The notes under the pieces are model-generated. The model worked only from the letters and a program-made list of their open reading frames with translations. It had not been told where the DNA came from and made no database searches. Shown here piece by piece: positions 12,058 to 21,478 of a DNA stretch of 64,000 bases. The position numbers were made by a program, and so were the translations under genes. Numbering within the stretch: position 1 is the stretch's first letter; each line of letters begins with the position of its first letter. Where the stretch lies: positions 768,001 through 832,000 of the forward strand of contig OZ271918.1 in the NCBI GenBank assembly GCA_965602015.1. The letters are read 5' to 3'. This DNA is from Salinispira sp. (GTDB lineage Bacteria; Spirochaetota; Spirochaetia; DSM-27196; Salinispiraceae).

Positions 12058-13011
12058 TCAGTGAGAGACGATGACCGTGCCCGCCTCTCCCCGTATTGCC
12101 GAGGGCAAACTGTCCACATCGGTGATGATAACCTTGTTGCCCGGATCGGCCTGGACAAACTCAATTGCCGCTCCGATTTTTGGTCCCATAGAGCCTGCGG
12201 GGAACTGGCCTTGACGCTGATAATGCCGGGCCTGCGCAAGGGTTATGCGGCTCAGGTCCTTCTGATCTGCCTTGCCGAAATTAATCGATACCCGGGGAAC
12301 CCCGGTGATAATAATAAGCTCATGGGCCCCCACCGCCAGGGCAAGCTTCATGCTCGCCAGATCCTTGTCGATGACGCAGTCCAGCCCTTCGATCAGCCCG
12401 TTTTCATCCCAGTACACCGGAATACCGCCCCCGCCCCCGGAGATGACCACATAATCTTCGTCGATGAGGTGCCTGATTGAGTCCTTCTCAATAATATCAA
12501 GCGGGTAGGGCGATGCCACGTATCGCCGCCAACCGCGACCCGCGTCTTCCTTAACCACCCAGCCGTGTTCTTTTGCAAGCTTCCTGGCTTCGGCTTCATC
12601 GTAAAACGGACCGATGGGTTTGGTGGGGTCCTCCATGGCCGGATCGGCGGGGTCGACCACGACCTGGGCCGGTATGGTAACCACATTCCGCCAAATCCCG
12701 TTTTGAATCATGGTGTTCTGCAGGCTTTGCTCGATCATATAGCCGATTGAACCGCAGGTCATGGCATCGGCAACTCCCAGTGGAGTTTCCGGAAGGGAAT
12801 TTCGTGAATTTTCCACCATGAGCATAATATTGCCCACCTGGGGACCGTTTCCGTGGGTGATTAGCAGGCGATAGTCGGATTTCAGCAGCTCGGCCAGACC
12901 AGCCATGGAATCCCGTGTGGCCTGAAACTGGGCGTGAATATCGCTTCCCCGTTTTTTGTCGAGAATGGCATTTCCCCCCAGGGCGACCACTGCAAGGCGC
13001 TTTTCTTCCAT
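12058..13011 (-). CDS. arcC: Carbamate kinase
   Basis: VALGGNAI, THGNGPQVG, PTKPIGPFY, WRRYVASP, GGGGIPV, VIDKD, GSMGPK. Confidence 0.95.
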   Translation of the reverse strand: MEEKRLAVVALGGNAILDKKRGSDIHAQFQATRDSMAGLAELLKSDYRLLITHGNGPQVGNIMLMVENSRNSLPETPLGVADAMTCGSIGYMIEQSLQNTMIQNGIWRNVVTIPAQVVVDPADPAMEDPTKPIGPFYDEAEARKLAKEHGWVVKEDAGRGWRRYVASPYPLDIIEKDSIRHLIDEDYVVISGGGGGIPVYWDENGLIEGLDCVIDKDLASMKLALAVGAHELIIITGVPRVSINFGKADQKDLSRITLAQARHYQRQGQFPAGSMGPKIGAAIEFVQADPGNKVIITDVDSLPSAIRGEAGTVIVSH

Positions 13012-13065
13012 ACCGGCTCCTTTTGGAAAAAAATATGCCGGCGGATTATAATGCCGGCGCAGTTA

Positions 13066-13117
13066 TTACTACTTTGATAGTAAAAATACTATAGTCCCTG
13101 GAAAGCTCTGCTGTCAA
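13066..13117 (-). promoter_or_regulatory. arcC promoter with overlapping palindromic operator
   Basis: Minus strand TTGACA (13117-13112)-N18-TATAGT (13093-13088). Perfect operator TTACTA CTTTGA TAGTAA at 13066-13083 covers the predicted +1. Confidence 0.75.
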
Positions 13118-13142
13118 TGAAATACTGTTTTTCGGTGGGGAC

Positions 13143-14840
13143 TCAGGTTATGAGTTGGTGTTGGAGAAACTCTTTTGAGTATGTTGTACAGAAACCATAG
13201 AGTTCCTCCCAGGAATCCAGTAGCTCGGCGTAGTTGTGGAGATAGCCCACGAGCGCAGAAAAATCTGCGGTTTCATCGGGAAGCCAGAAATTCGGCTCAT
13301 CGGCCAGTTCATCGAGAAATGCCATTGCCGCCCGGCAGTCGGCTACCCAACTCGACGGCGAATCATAATTATCCAGGGCTTGTTCAATAAGCCGCTTTCT
13401 CCCCGCCAGCGCCTGGAAAACCAGTTCGTCAAACAGGCCTTCCAGCTCATGCGCCGGCCATTGCAGAATGGCCTGAAGTTCGCCGCTCAGGAGTTTGAAG
13501 CCTTGTCCCAGTTCCCCGGCATCCCGGACTGCGAATCCCAACAGGAGCCGGATGAGGTCGTTGAGCCCCGGTCTTATCATCAGGGTGTCGATTGTGCCGC
13601 TTGTTTCCGCCGTGCGATGGCGCACGGCATAATCGGGCGTAAATGTGTAGGCCGAGGGCAGCAGATATCTCAGACTGGATCCCCACAGGCCGTCGGCATT
13701 TCTCCCCCTGGGGCTGAAGGGCGGCAGAACCGGAGAGGGGTTGAGAAGCAGATAGCCGCCCATCAGGCTGCCGTACCCGGCATGAGGATTGACGGGGTTC
13801 CGAAAAATCAGAGCGCTTTCCCGGCAGGATAAATATTCCTGATCGGTTTTATACCTTCTGCTGAATTCATTCCTGCCATAGAGGAGAAATGCATATGACG
13901 GCGACCCCGATACTCCCCAGTAGGGGTGCGAAAGTACCGCGACCTTTCCCTTGCCGCTGAGGGCGTCTTGAATGAGGGTGAACCGGGCTTCTGACAGATC
14001 GAGGGTCTCATGCCCCGATAAAAAACTGTTCACTGTTTCTCCGCCGGCAAAGCCGTACAACTCTTCCGGCATTATCTCCTCGCCCATTGTTTCAAGACCC
14101 TCCCAGTCCGATGCGCTTACCGCATGCACCGGTCTCCCTGTTGATGACAGGGAAAGGCAATTTTTGCCTCCGGCGAGTAGCTTTAGCCTTCGAAAAACCG
14201 GATAGATGTCATCGTCGGTCATGGCGATTTTGTCCCCCGCGCTTAGCAGCAGCAGGGTATTCCGATTACTTCCGTAAGCCTGAGAGGCGGTGTCTCCGTC
14301 GAGATTCAAGGCGAATCTGGCGCTCTGCTGCAATGCAGGAGGGAGACCTCGTATAAAGTCCTCCTGTGAAGACCGATGTAGATATGCGACCTTCTCTCCG
14401 CTCTGCCGGGCAAAGCTCAGTGCCGCCGAGCGCACCTGCGATGAATAGACCAGCGAATCGTCACTGATAATCCAGGATAGCTTATGACCGAGGCTTTGAT
14501 GGTGGCCCTTCCATGACCTGAGATGCTGCTCGAGCTGTTTGGGCCGGTCTTTGGTGGGGATGCAGTGATACGCCAATGAAGCCGCAGGAGTCTCAACGCT
14601 TTTCGCGCTGGCATCGACCAGATCCGCTAACGCAACTACCGAGCCGTTTTTCTCTAACTCATCGATGCAAGACTGAAGTCCGCTGATGCTCTCTTGAGGC
14701 CAGTTTTGAGATTCCAGAATTGATGATAACTGCTTTATGCTGCGCGGTGTTGTGAGGTGGGTGCGAATCTCCTCAAGCATTGGTTCGCTTGAGGAGATAG
14801 TTGTTGAAACATAGCAGGCGCCCTGCGGTAGGTAGTTCAA
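13143..14840 (-). CDS. Hypothetical protein with GT-A (glycosyltransferase-2-like) motifs and a possible N-terminal winged helix
   Basis: CIPTKDRP, IISDDS, YGSNRN, IAMTDDDI. Start uncertain (ATG at 14780 is possible). Confidence 0.55.
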   Translation of the reverse strand: MNYLPQGACYVSTTISSSEPMLEEIRTHLTTPRSIKQLSSILESQNWPQESISGLQSCIDELEKNGSVVALADLVDASAKSVETPAASLAYHCIPTKDRPKQLEQHLRSWKGHHQSLGHKLSWIISDDSLVYSSQVRSAALSFARQSGEKVAYLHRSSQEDFIRGLPPALQQSARFALNLDGDTASQAYGSNRNTLLLLSAGDKIAMTDDDIYPVFRRLKLLAGGKNCLSLSSTGRPVHAVSASDWEGLETMGEEIMPEELYGFAGGETVNSFLSGHETLDLSEARFTLIQDALSGKGKVAVLSHPYWGVSGSPSYAFLLYGRNEFSRRYKTDQEYLSCRESALIFRNPVNPHAGYGSLMGGYLLLNPSPVLPPFSPRGRNADGLWGSSLRYLLPSAYTFTPDYAVRHRTAETSGTIDTLMIRPGLNDLIRLLLGFAVRDAGELGQGFKLLSGELQAILQWPAHELEGLFDELVFQALAGRKRLIEQALDNYDSPSSWVADCRAAMAFLDELADEPNFWLPDETADFSALVGYLHNYAELLDSWEELYGFCTTYSKEFLQHQLIT

Positions 14841-14858
14841 CCGTTGTGGTCTATATGC

Positions 14859-15503
14859 CTACCAACCGCTGTTGCCCTCGGAAACCCCGTACACTTCGAA
14901 AACAAAATCGAAATCTTCCGCTGTGCCGTCGACGAATATGCGGAAACGGCGTCGCAGCAAGTAACCGAAGGTATTGATGTCATCATCTGAAAGGGTAATG
15001 GTAAAATCAGGTGACGACGCGCCGGCAGCCACGAGGGTACCGGTGGGTATTGCGGTAAAATCGCCGGTCAGGTCCGGGGAGGTTGGTGCAAAAAAATCCA
15101 GACTTCCGCCCTGAGTTGTCCTGGTCTCCAGATCGATATCAAATACCGGACTTCCCGAAAAGGTAATATCCTCATTTCCGTTATTGACAAAACGGAAGGT
15201 GTTCACAATATCAGGATCGAAATACCCAACATAGCCGAGATAGATTTGAGCGCCGGAGTAATACCTGGCCCCTGCCGCATCCTCGAGGTAGAAGGTTGGA
15301 CCGGGAAGTCCGTCGCTTCCGTCTGTACCGTCCGTACCGTTGAGTCCGTCTGCGCCGTCTATACCATTTAACCCCGCAGGACCCTCAGGACCGATGGGAC
15401 CTTCCGGACCGATGGGACCCTCCGGCAACTGAAAGATATCGCAACTTGCGACCAGCACACTTGCCATCACGAGAACGGCCAGTAACAACTTCCCTTTGTT
15501 CAT
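14859..15503 (-). CDS. Lipoprotein with a collagen-like Gly-X-Y tract
   Basis: Lipobox VAS-C after GGAGG. 14 consecutive GXY triplets (~15294-15419), then a beta-rich domain. Confidence 0.8.
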   Translation of the reverse strand: MNKGKLLLAVLVMASVLVASCDIFQLPEGPIGPEGPIGPEGPAGLNGIDGADGLNGTDGTDGSDGLPGPTFYLEDAAGARYYSGAQIYLGYVGYFDPDIVNTFRFVNNGNEDITFSGSPVFDIDLETRTTQGGSLDFFAPTSPDLTGDFTAIPTGTLVAAGASSPDFTITLSDDDINTFGYLLRRRFRIFVDGTAEDFDFVFEVYGVSEGNSGW

Positions 15504-15790
15504 ACAAACTCCTCCAAATTTTCCCTCGTAAAGCTATTGAGGAGCTAATTCTTGGTCAAGTAAAAAGATAGTAGATTATTAAAATAATCGGAATTTTCAT
15601 CCATACGAGGTCCTGAAATCCTGTGATAATCAACATTAAATAGCGCAATTATACTGCATTCTCTGTTATTTACCGATTTAATCCATATGAACTACATTTC
15701 AAAAATAGTATGATTCCCGATGGCTGCCGGATTTTGCATGAGACAGCAAGTGGAGCGCTTGTGACAGTCCGGTTGCCGAAGGAGATAATT

Positions 15791-17740
15791 ATGCGAGTGA
15801 ATCGAAGTCTCCCGGGAACGCTTATGCTCATAGTCGCCTTATTATTGGCGTCTTGTGATATGTTTCCGGGGCTGGAAGGAGATGGCGGCGATCTGCTAAT
15901 TAGCATTAATGAGTCGGTTTCCCGGACTCTGCTGCCTGATATTTCAATGGATCCCCGTTCTTATCGAATCGATGGAACCGGACCTGCGGGCCAAGAGTTT
16001 TCTGTCGAAAGTGCCGACGAGCGCGTTCTGATTGAAGAGCTTATGTTCGGGGATTGGACGGTGACCGTGACGGCGATCAACGCCGACGGCACGGAAATCG
16101 GCAGGGGAGCCGCGGAGGTGACGGTGCGCAGTAATGAAACCGTAAGCACCTCCATCACTGTCACCCCGCTTGTGGGTTCCGGAACCCTCAGTCTGGAGGT
16201 GAACTGGAACGCGCCGGACATCCAGAGTCCGGAGATCCGGGCCGATTTGGTTCCGGTAACCGGCGATTCTCGCATCCTGGATTTTACCATCGTCGAAGGC
16301 CAGGGGCTGTTTTTTGCGGATGATATCGAAACCGGCTACCACAGCCTGATTCTTCAGCTATTTGATAACGGTCAGCTCGTTGCCGGTTTGGTTGAAGTTG
16401 TGCGGATTGTCCATGCGGAGCGTACGGAAGGGGTAATCGACTTTTACAGCATCAATCCCGCAACCGGCGGCCTCCAGGTTCAGGTTGAGCTTAATCTTCA
16501 AAACCCGCTTCACGTAAACATTGCCGCTCCGGCGCTTGAAAAGGCTGTAAACGAATCTATCGAACTACACTCGCATGTTTCCGATTATCCGGGGAATGTA
16601 ACGTATCTGTGGTACGTCAACGGCGAGGTTCAGGAAGCCGGGAGCAGTTATACCCTCGATGAAAGCTGGGAAGAAGGGTTTTATACGGTGAATGTCACCG
16701 CTTTTACCCCCGACGGCTTGAGGGCGGGAAGCGCCGGGGTCGACCTTACCGTCGCCGGTTTTTCAGGTCTGGATTTTGCAAATCCGAACAACTATGTCTC
16801 ACTGCCCGCATCGTACAGCAGGACCATGGAGTTCTGGGGTGATTTTGCGTACGTTTTTGATTCGAATAGAAGAGAACTAAAGGTGTACTCCCTACTGGAT
16901 CCTGACCTGCCTGCGCTGGCTCATCAGATTTCTACCGACGGCCTCGGGAATGTATATAACATGATTATCGTCGGCGATTATCTGTACCTCCCCCAGTATT
17001 GGGACAATACCATGGATACCTTCGATGTCGTCCGCTGTTTCGCTATACAGCCTGACGGTGGGCTTGACGAAATTGGCCCGGTTTTTTTCACCCCTGATTA
17101 TAGTCTCGGCCTCTCAACTGCACATTTTTTCCTGAGTGAGCAATACGGCGACATCTATCTATTTGAGCGGGGCTACAGCTACAGTCTACACAGATATGTC
17201 CAAGAGTCGGACGGCAGCCTGACGCTCCTCAGTACTTCTCAGCTGCCGGGGTTTGTACCCGAGCAGTCTCCAAGCCCTGGTTTCGCCGCGGGGAGCCTCC
17301 ATGTATCTACCTATCGGCGTAATCCCGACAATTCGATCTACTATTTCAACTACTTCTATGGCATATCAGAGAATGGAACGGTGAACCTTCACTCACGGTA
17401 TGAAGGGGTCGACATGGGGTATAGCAGGACGTCAGCCGGATCCTGGCAGGTGCTGAATTATAGCTACTCATATACTCTCGTGAATCCGGTGCTCGATGTC
17501 ATTACGTACCCAGAATTTACCGGATACAGCTATGAACGAGTTCAATCCGGTGACGGCGAATACCTGTTTACCCTGGCGTACGACCCAGTTCTTCAGAAGC
17601 GCTTGATACGCACACATCGGGTAAACGCTGACGGGAGTTTAGATATTCTCGGCCATGTCATTGATAAAACTCAGTCGGGCAGCATGGAAACAGCGGGCAT
17701 TCACAAAGGTCGGGTTTATTACACCGGAGGTTCTACATGA
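15791..17740 (+). CDS. Surface lipoprotein: Ig/PKD-like N-terminal module plus Tyr-rich beta-propeller-like C-terminus
   Basis: ATG at 15791 after AAGGAG. Lipobox LAS-C. YLWYVNG Ig-like motif. Repeated GDFAYV/GDYLYL/GEYLFT blade-like motifs. Confidence 0.7.
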   Translation: MRVNRSLPGTLMLIVALLLASCDMFPGLEGDGGDLLISINESVSRTLLPDISMDPRSYRIDGTGPAGQEFSVESADERVLIEELMFGDWTVTVTAINADGTEIGRGAAEVTVRSNETVSTSITVTPLVGSGTLSLEVNWNAPDIQSPEIRADLVPVTGDSRILDFTIVEGQGLFFADDIETGYHSLILQLFDNGQLVAGLVEVVRIVHAERTEGVIDFYSINPATGGLQVQVELNLQNPLHVNIAAPALEKAVNESIELHSHVSDYPGNVTYLWYVNGEVQEAGSSYTLDESWEEGFYTVNVTAFTPDGLRAGSAGVDLTVAGFSGLDFANPNNYVSLPASYSRTMEFWGDFAYVFDSNRRELKVYSLLDPDLPALAHQISTDGLGNVYNMIIVGDYLYLPQYWDNTMDTFDVVRCFAIQPDGGLDEIGPVFFTPDYSLGLSTAHFFLSEQYGDIYLFERGYSYSLHRYVQESDGSLTLLSTSQLPGFVPEQSPSPGFAAGSLHVSTYRRNPDNSIYYFNYFYGISENGTVNLHSRYEGVDMGYSRTSAGSWQVLNYSYSYTLVNPVLDVITYPEFTGYSYERVQSGDGEYLFTLAYDPVLQKRLIRTHRVNADGSLDILGHVIDKTQSGSMETAGIHKGRVYYTGGST

Positions 17741-19758
17741 GGATTATCAAGAAGATTAACACCGGGCTCGTGAATGCCATTTTTGCGTTCATCGCCCTAT
17801 TTGTGATGCTTTTCACACATGCATCGTGCGATCTTATTCCGACAGAATCCGGGAGCATACGCGTCAGCGCAGAAAATGCGGTTTCAAGGACCATAGCCCC
17901 GGATATTTCAATGGATGTGGCCAGGTATGAAATCGACGGCCGGGGCCCGGGCGAAGCGCAATTCAATGGTCATTTCCTTCCCGGTGAAACCTTCCTGGCA
18001 GAGAGCCTGCTGTTTGGAACCTGGACCGTCGAGCTGACGGCGTTAAACGAGGCAAATGATGTAATCGGCCGGGGATCATCGGACTGTGAGGTTCGCAGCA
18101 ATGAGACGACAGTTCTTATCGTCGAAGTTCTTCCTATTGAGGGGACGGGAACATTAGATCTGTCGTTCGCCTGGAATCCTTCACTTATAGATATGCCTGA
18201 ACTACGGGCATCGCTTATTCCCGTCAGCGGCGAAACAATCGATCTTGATGTTGTTCTGGATGCCCCGCAAGGGAACGCAACCTACCGTTCAGATTTTGCT
18301 AGCGGGTATTATACCCTGATTCTTCAGTTACTTGACAACGGCGCCCTTACAACCGGTCTGGTGGAAGTTGTCCGTGTCGTCGATAGCCAGGTTTCCTCGG
18401 CGGATATTGTATTTGAAAACATCAATATGCCGGGAGGCAGCATCGATATCAATGTTGATCTCGCTCTTGCTGATCCCATTCAGCTAACATTGGAGAATCA
18501 GCCGACCTTCATGCTTTCCGGTGATACGGTAGTATATGAGCCGGAAGTGAGCAATTATGCTGATAATCTGATATTTACCTGGTATGTCGACGGCCGGGCA
18601 GTGGACAACGCCGAGCAATTCTCCATGAATGGCACCTGGGGCGCAGGGTATCATCGCCTCTCTGTGACAGTTTTTACCCCTGACGGGCTTCGGGCCGGCA
18701 GCGCCCAACATGCCGTATATGTATCTGCCCAAAGCGGCTCAACGGAAGATTTGAGTGATCGTCTGGTATTGGGTGGGAGCAATTATTACGTGGATGATCA
18801 AAACCGCTTGTGGGGCTGGGGCGGCAACAGGGACGGACAAATGCTGCGGCCGGCGGGTGAGGACCTGGCAATCCCGACGGTAATAATGAGTGACGTAGCC
18901 AAGGTATGGAGCTCGGGCTATCATACGGGAATCCTAAAAACCGACGGCAGTTTTTGGACTGCCGGGTACAACTACCACGGCGAGTTAGGTGACGGCACTC
19001 GGAACAGCAGCTCGACTGCAATCAACGTCATGAATAATGTGGCTGACGCCTCGCTTTCGGGAAGCAGAACCATGATCATTACCGATTCCGGCGAAGCCTA
19101 CGGAACCGGCTATAACTACCACGGCCAGCTCGGCGACGGCACCAATATTAACAGAACGGGCTTTGTTCACGTAATGTCCGGTGTTACAAAAATTGAGAGC
19201 ACGGCGGTTACAACCTTGTTCCTTAAAGCCGACGGTAGCGCCTGGGGTTGCGGTGCCAACAGCAGCGCTCAATTAGGCGACGGGTTCACCGCGTCAGTGT
19301 ATTCCACCCCCTTTCTCATCGAGACGGGTATTGCTGATATCGCCATCGGCTGGAGCGGCTTCCTGCTGAGAACCGACGGTACCTTATTGGCCTCCGGAGT
19401 TAATCATTATGGCGAAATAATGAGCGGCGACACCGATCAATACCTGACGTACACAGAGCTGCTGCAGAATGTCGCTGAAATCGAATCGGGAGGCAATTAC
19501 AGTTATGTTCGCTTCACCGATGGTCGGGTAATCGCTGCCGGCTATAACTTCCAAAGAGAACTCGGAACAGGAGGCCGTACTCACCGGGTTGAGCCGGTGA
19601 CAATCGGAACGGGAATCGTAGACATCATTCCCGGAGAATATGCTTCGGCAGTTCAAACAGCTGACGGACAAATTCTTGTTTTCGGAAGCGTTCAGAACGG
19701 TCCCGATTTCAACCGACAGGACTACAGCCCCCTGCCCGAAGCTTTTTCCCTCTATTAA
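17737..19758 (+). CDS. Surface lipoprotein: paralogous N-terminal module plus RCC1-repeat propeller
   Basis: HAS-C lipobox. RCC1 repeats DGSFWTAGYNYHGELGDG, GEAYGTGYNYHGQLGDG, DGSAWGCGANSSAQLGDG. Confidence 0.8.
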   Translation: MRIIKKINTGLVNAIFAFIALFVMLFTHASCDLIPTESGSIRVSAENAVSRTIAPDISMDVARYEIDGRGPGEAQFNGHFLPGETFLAESLLFGTWTVELTALNEANDVIGRGSSDCEVRSNETTVLIVEVLPIEGTGTLDLSFAWNPSLIDMPELRASLIPVSGETIDLDVVLDAPQGNATYRSDFASGYYTLILQLLDNGALTTGLVEVVRVVDSQVSSADIVFENINMPGGSIDINVDLALADPIQLTLENQPTFMLSGDTVVYEPEVSNYADNLIFTWYVDGRAVDNAEQFSMNGTWGAGYHRLSVTVFTPDGLRAGSAQHAVYVSAQSGSTEDLSDRLVLGGSNYYVDDQNRLWGWGGNRDGQMLRPAGEDLAIPTVIMSDVAKVWSSGYHTGILKTDGSFWTAGYNYHGELGDGTRNSSSTAINVMNNVADASLSGSRTMIITDSGEAYGTGYNYHGQLGDGTNINRTGFVHVMSGVTKIESTAVTTLFLKADGSAWGCGANSSAQLGDGFTASVYSTPFLIETGIADIAIGWSGFLLRTDGTLLASGVNHYGEIMSGDTDQYLTYTELLQNVAEIESGGNYSYVRFTDGRVIAAGYNFQRELGTGGRTHRVEPVTIGTGIVDIIPGEYASAVQTADGQILVFGSVQNGPDFNRQDYSPLPEAFSLY

Positions 19759-19775
19759 TAGTTCTTCGGCTGTAT

Positions 19776-19812
19776 GCTGCGGGAGGATCAACTTGATCCT
19801 CCCGCAGCTTTT
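19776..19812 (+). terminator. Rho-independent terminator
   Basis: GCTGCGGGAGGATCAA-C-TTGATCCTCCCGCAGC, a perfect inverted repeat followed by TTTT. Confidence 0.85.
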
Positions 19813-19849
19813 ATACACCCGCATCACATTGAACCGCAGCAACTATTCC

Positions 19850-19894
19850 TTGACAGCCCCAAAGCCTCCTGTATAATTACTACTTCAATAGTAA
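19850..19894 (+). promoter_or_regulatory. ord operon promoter with overlapping palindromic operator
   Basis: TTGACA (19850-19855)-N16-TATAAT (19872-19877). Perfect operator TTACTA CTTCAA TAGTAA at 19877-19894. Confidence 0.8.
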
Positions 19895-19992
19895 ATAGTG
19901 CGCGCCTGGTCTGCTGTATTAGACTCAGGCCGTGGGCGCGGTGATCCCTCATGTGTGCAGCGCGTGGTTTCATCGGGCCAATGGGAGATACA

Positions 19993-21054
19993 ATGAAAGA
20001 ACGGGTCAAGGTCCTCCTCTGGGGCTTCGGGGCAATGGGATCGGGCATGGCACGGATGCTTCTGCAAAAAACCGGCGTTCAGATTAGCGCGGTTTGCGAC
20101 AATCACCCTCAGCGGGCCGGCAAAAGCATCTTTGAGGTATTGGGGCAGGAAGCAGGGGATCATCCGGATGTCATCATTCGACCTGATATACATGAAGCAC
20201 TGTCGGATGCCCGGGCCGCCGGAGCTGTATCAATCGCCCTGTTGGCTACCGATTCCTTCACCAAAATGGCTTATGAGAAAATCATGCTCCTGGTGAACGA
20301 GGGAATCAATGTTATTTCCACCGCCGAGGAAATGGCCTATCCCAGGGCAGGCGAGCCCGAACTTGCCCAGAACATTGACCGGGCTGCCAAGGCTTCCGGG
20401 GTCAGCGTGCTGGGAACCGGCATCAATCCCGGGCTGATTATGGATCTGCTGGTGGTTCTGATGACCGGCGCATGCATCAATATCGATTCGATCAAAGCCG
20501 AACGGGTCAACAGTCTATCTCCCTTCGGTCCGGCGGTAATGGAGGAACAGGGAGTCGGCCTCAGCCCCGAAGAGTTTAGAGAAGGGGCGGCCAATGGCAG
20601 CTTGGCCGGCCATGTGGGCTTTGCCGAGTCGGTGAACATGATAGCCGACGCTGTGGGCTGGAAGCTGGACGGTCCCGTTGAACAGGCAATGAAGCCAATT
20701 ATTTCGTCGGTTCCCCGCAAAACCGAGTACATAGAAATAGAAGCCGGCCAGGTCGCGGGCTGCAATATGACCGGTTCAGGAAGGGTTTCGGGGACCGGAG
20801 GCATCGAAATGGACCATCCGCAGCAGATTGAACCGGAGCTGGAGGGAACCGACACCGGTGATTATGTGACTATTAAGGGTACGCCGGATATCAATCTTTC
20901 CATCAAACCCGAAGTGCCCGGAGGCATCGGGACCATCGCCATGTGCGTCAATATGATTCCCCAGGTGATCAATGCATCTCCTGGCTTAAAAACCATGCTC
21001 GACCTGCCGGTTCCCCGGGCGATTCTGGGCGATATCCGCGACCGCATCGAATAG
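19993..21054 (+). CDS. ord: 2,4-diaminopentanoate dehydrogenase
   Basis: WGFGAMGSG Rossmann motif, STAEEMAYP, GTGINPG, GHVGF, PEVPGGIGT. First gene of the ora operon. Confidence 0.92.
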   Translation: MKERVKVLLWGFGAMGSGMARMLLQKTGVQISAVCDNHPQRAGKSIFEVLGQEAGDHPDVIIRPDIHEALSDARAAGAVSIALLATDSFTKMAYEKIMLLVNEGINVISTAEEMAYPRAGEPELAQNIDRAAKASGVSVLGTGINPGLIMDLLVVLMTGACINIDSIKAERVNSLSPFGPAVMEEQGVGLSPEEFREGAANGSLAGHVGFAESVNMIADAVGWKLDGPVEQAMKPIISSVPRKTEYIEIEAGQVAGCNMTGSGRVSGTGGIEMDHPQQIEPELEGTDTGDYVTIKGTPDINLSIKPEVPGGIGTIAMCVNMIPQVINASPGLKTMLDLPVPRAILGDIRDRIE

Positions 21055-21064
21055 GAGAAATAAC

Positions 21065-21478
21065 ATGAAGGAACGACCCGACGATTATACCCGGCGCCGT
21101 GCTCATTTGGCGGATTTGACCGAAGAGCAGCTGGAAGCCCATTTCTGGGATCTGGCCGACAAGCTGACCCAGCCCTTAATCGAACTGGCTCATGGTCATA
21201 CCAGCCCGTCAATCGAGCGCTCGGTGCTCCTGAGAATGGGCCTGTCATCCATTGAATCCCAATCGCTTGTAAGCCGGGCGGTGGATACCGGCCTGATTGG
21301 AAAAGGCGCAGGTCATATCGTCTACAAAATCAGCAAACATACGGGGTTGGATATCCGAGCGGCCGGGCAGGCTCTGGCCGAAGGCCGGTACTGGGATGAT
21401 GCGGCCCGGCTCTTCGCTCAAAGCGGACCTTCGTCAAACGCGTCGGGAACCGAAACATCAGCCGGAGGGCAACAATGA
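21065..21478 (+). CDS. oraS: D-ornithine 4,5-aminomutase alpha subunit
   Basis: RRAHLADLT, HTSPSIERSVLLRMG, GKGAGH. Directly upstream of oraE. Confidence 0.92.
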   Translation: MKERPDDYTRRRAHLADLTEEQLEAHFWDLADKLTQPLIELAHGHTSPSIERSVLLRMGLSSIESQSLVSRAVDTGLIGKGAGHIVYKISKHTGLDIRAAGQALAEGRYWDDAARLFAQSGPSSNASGTETSAGGQQ

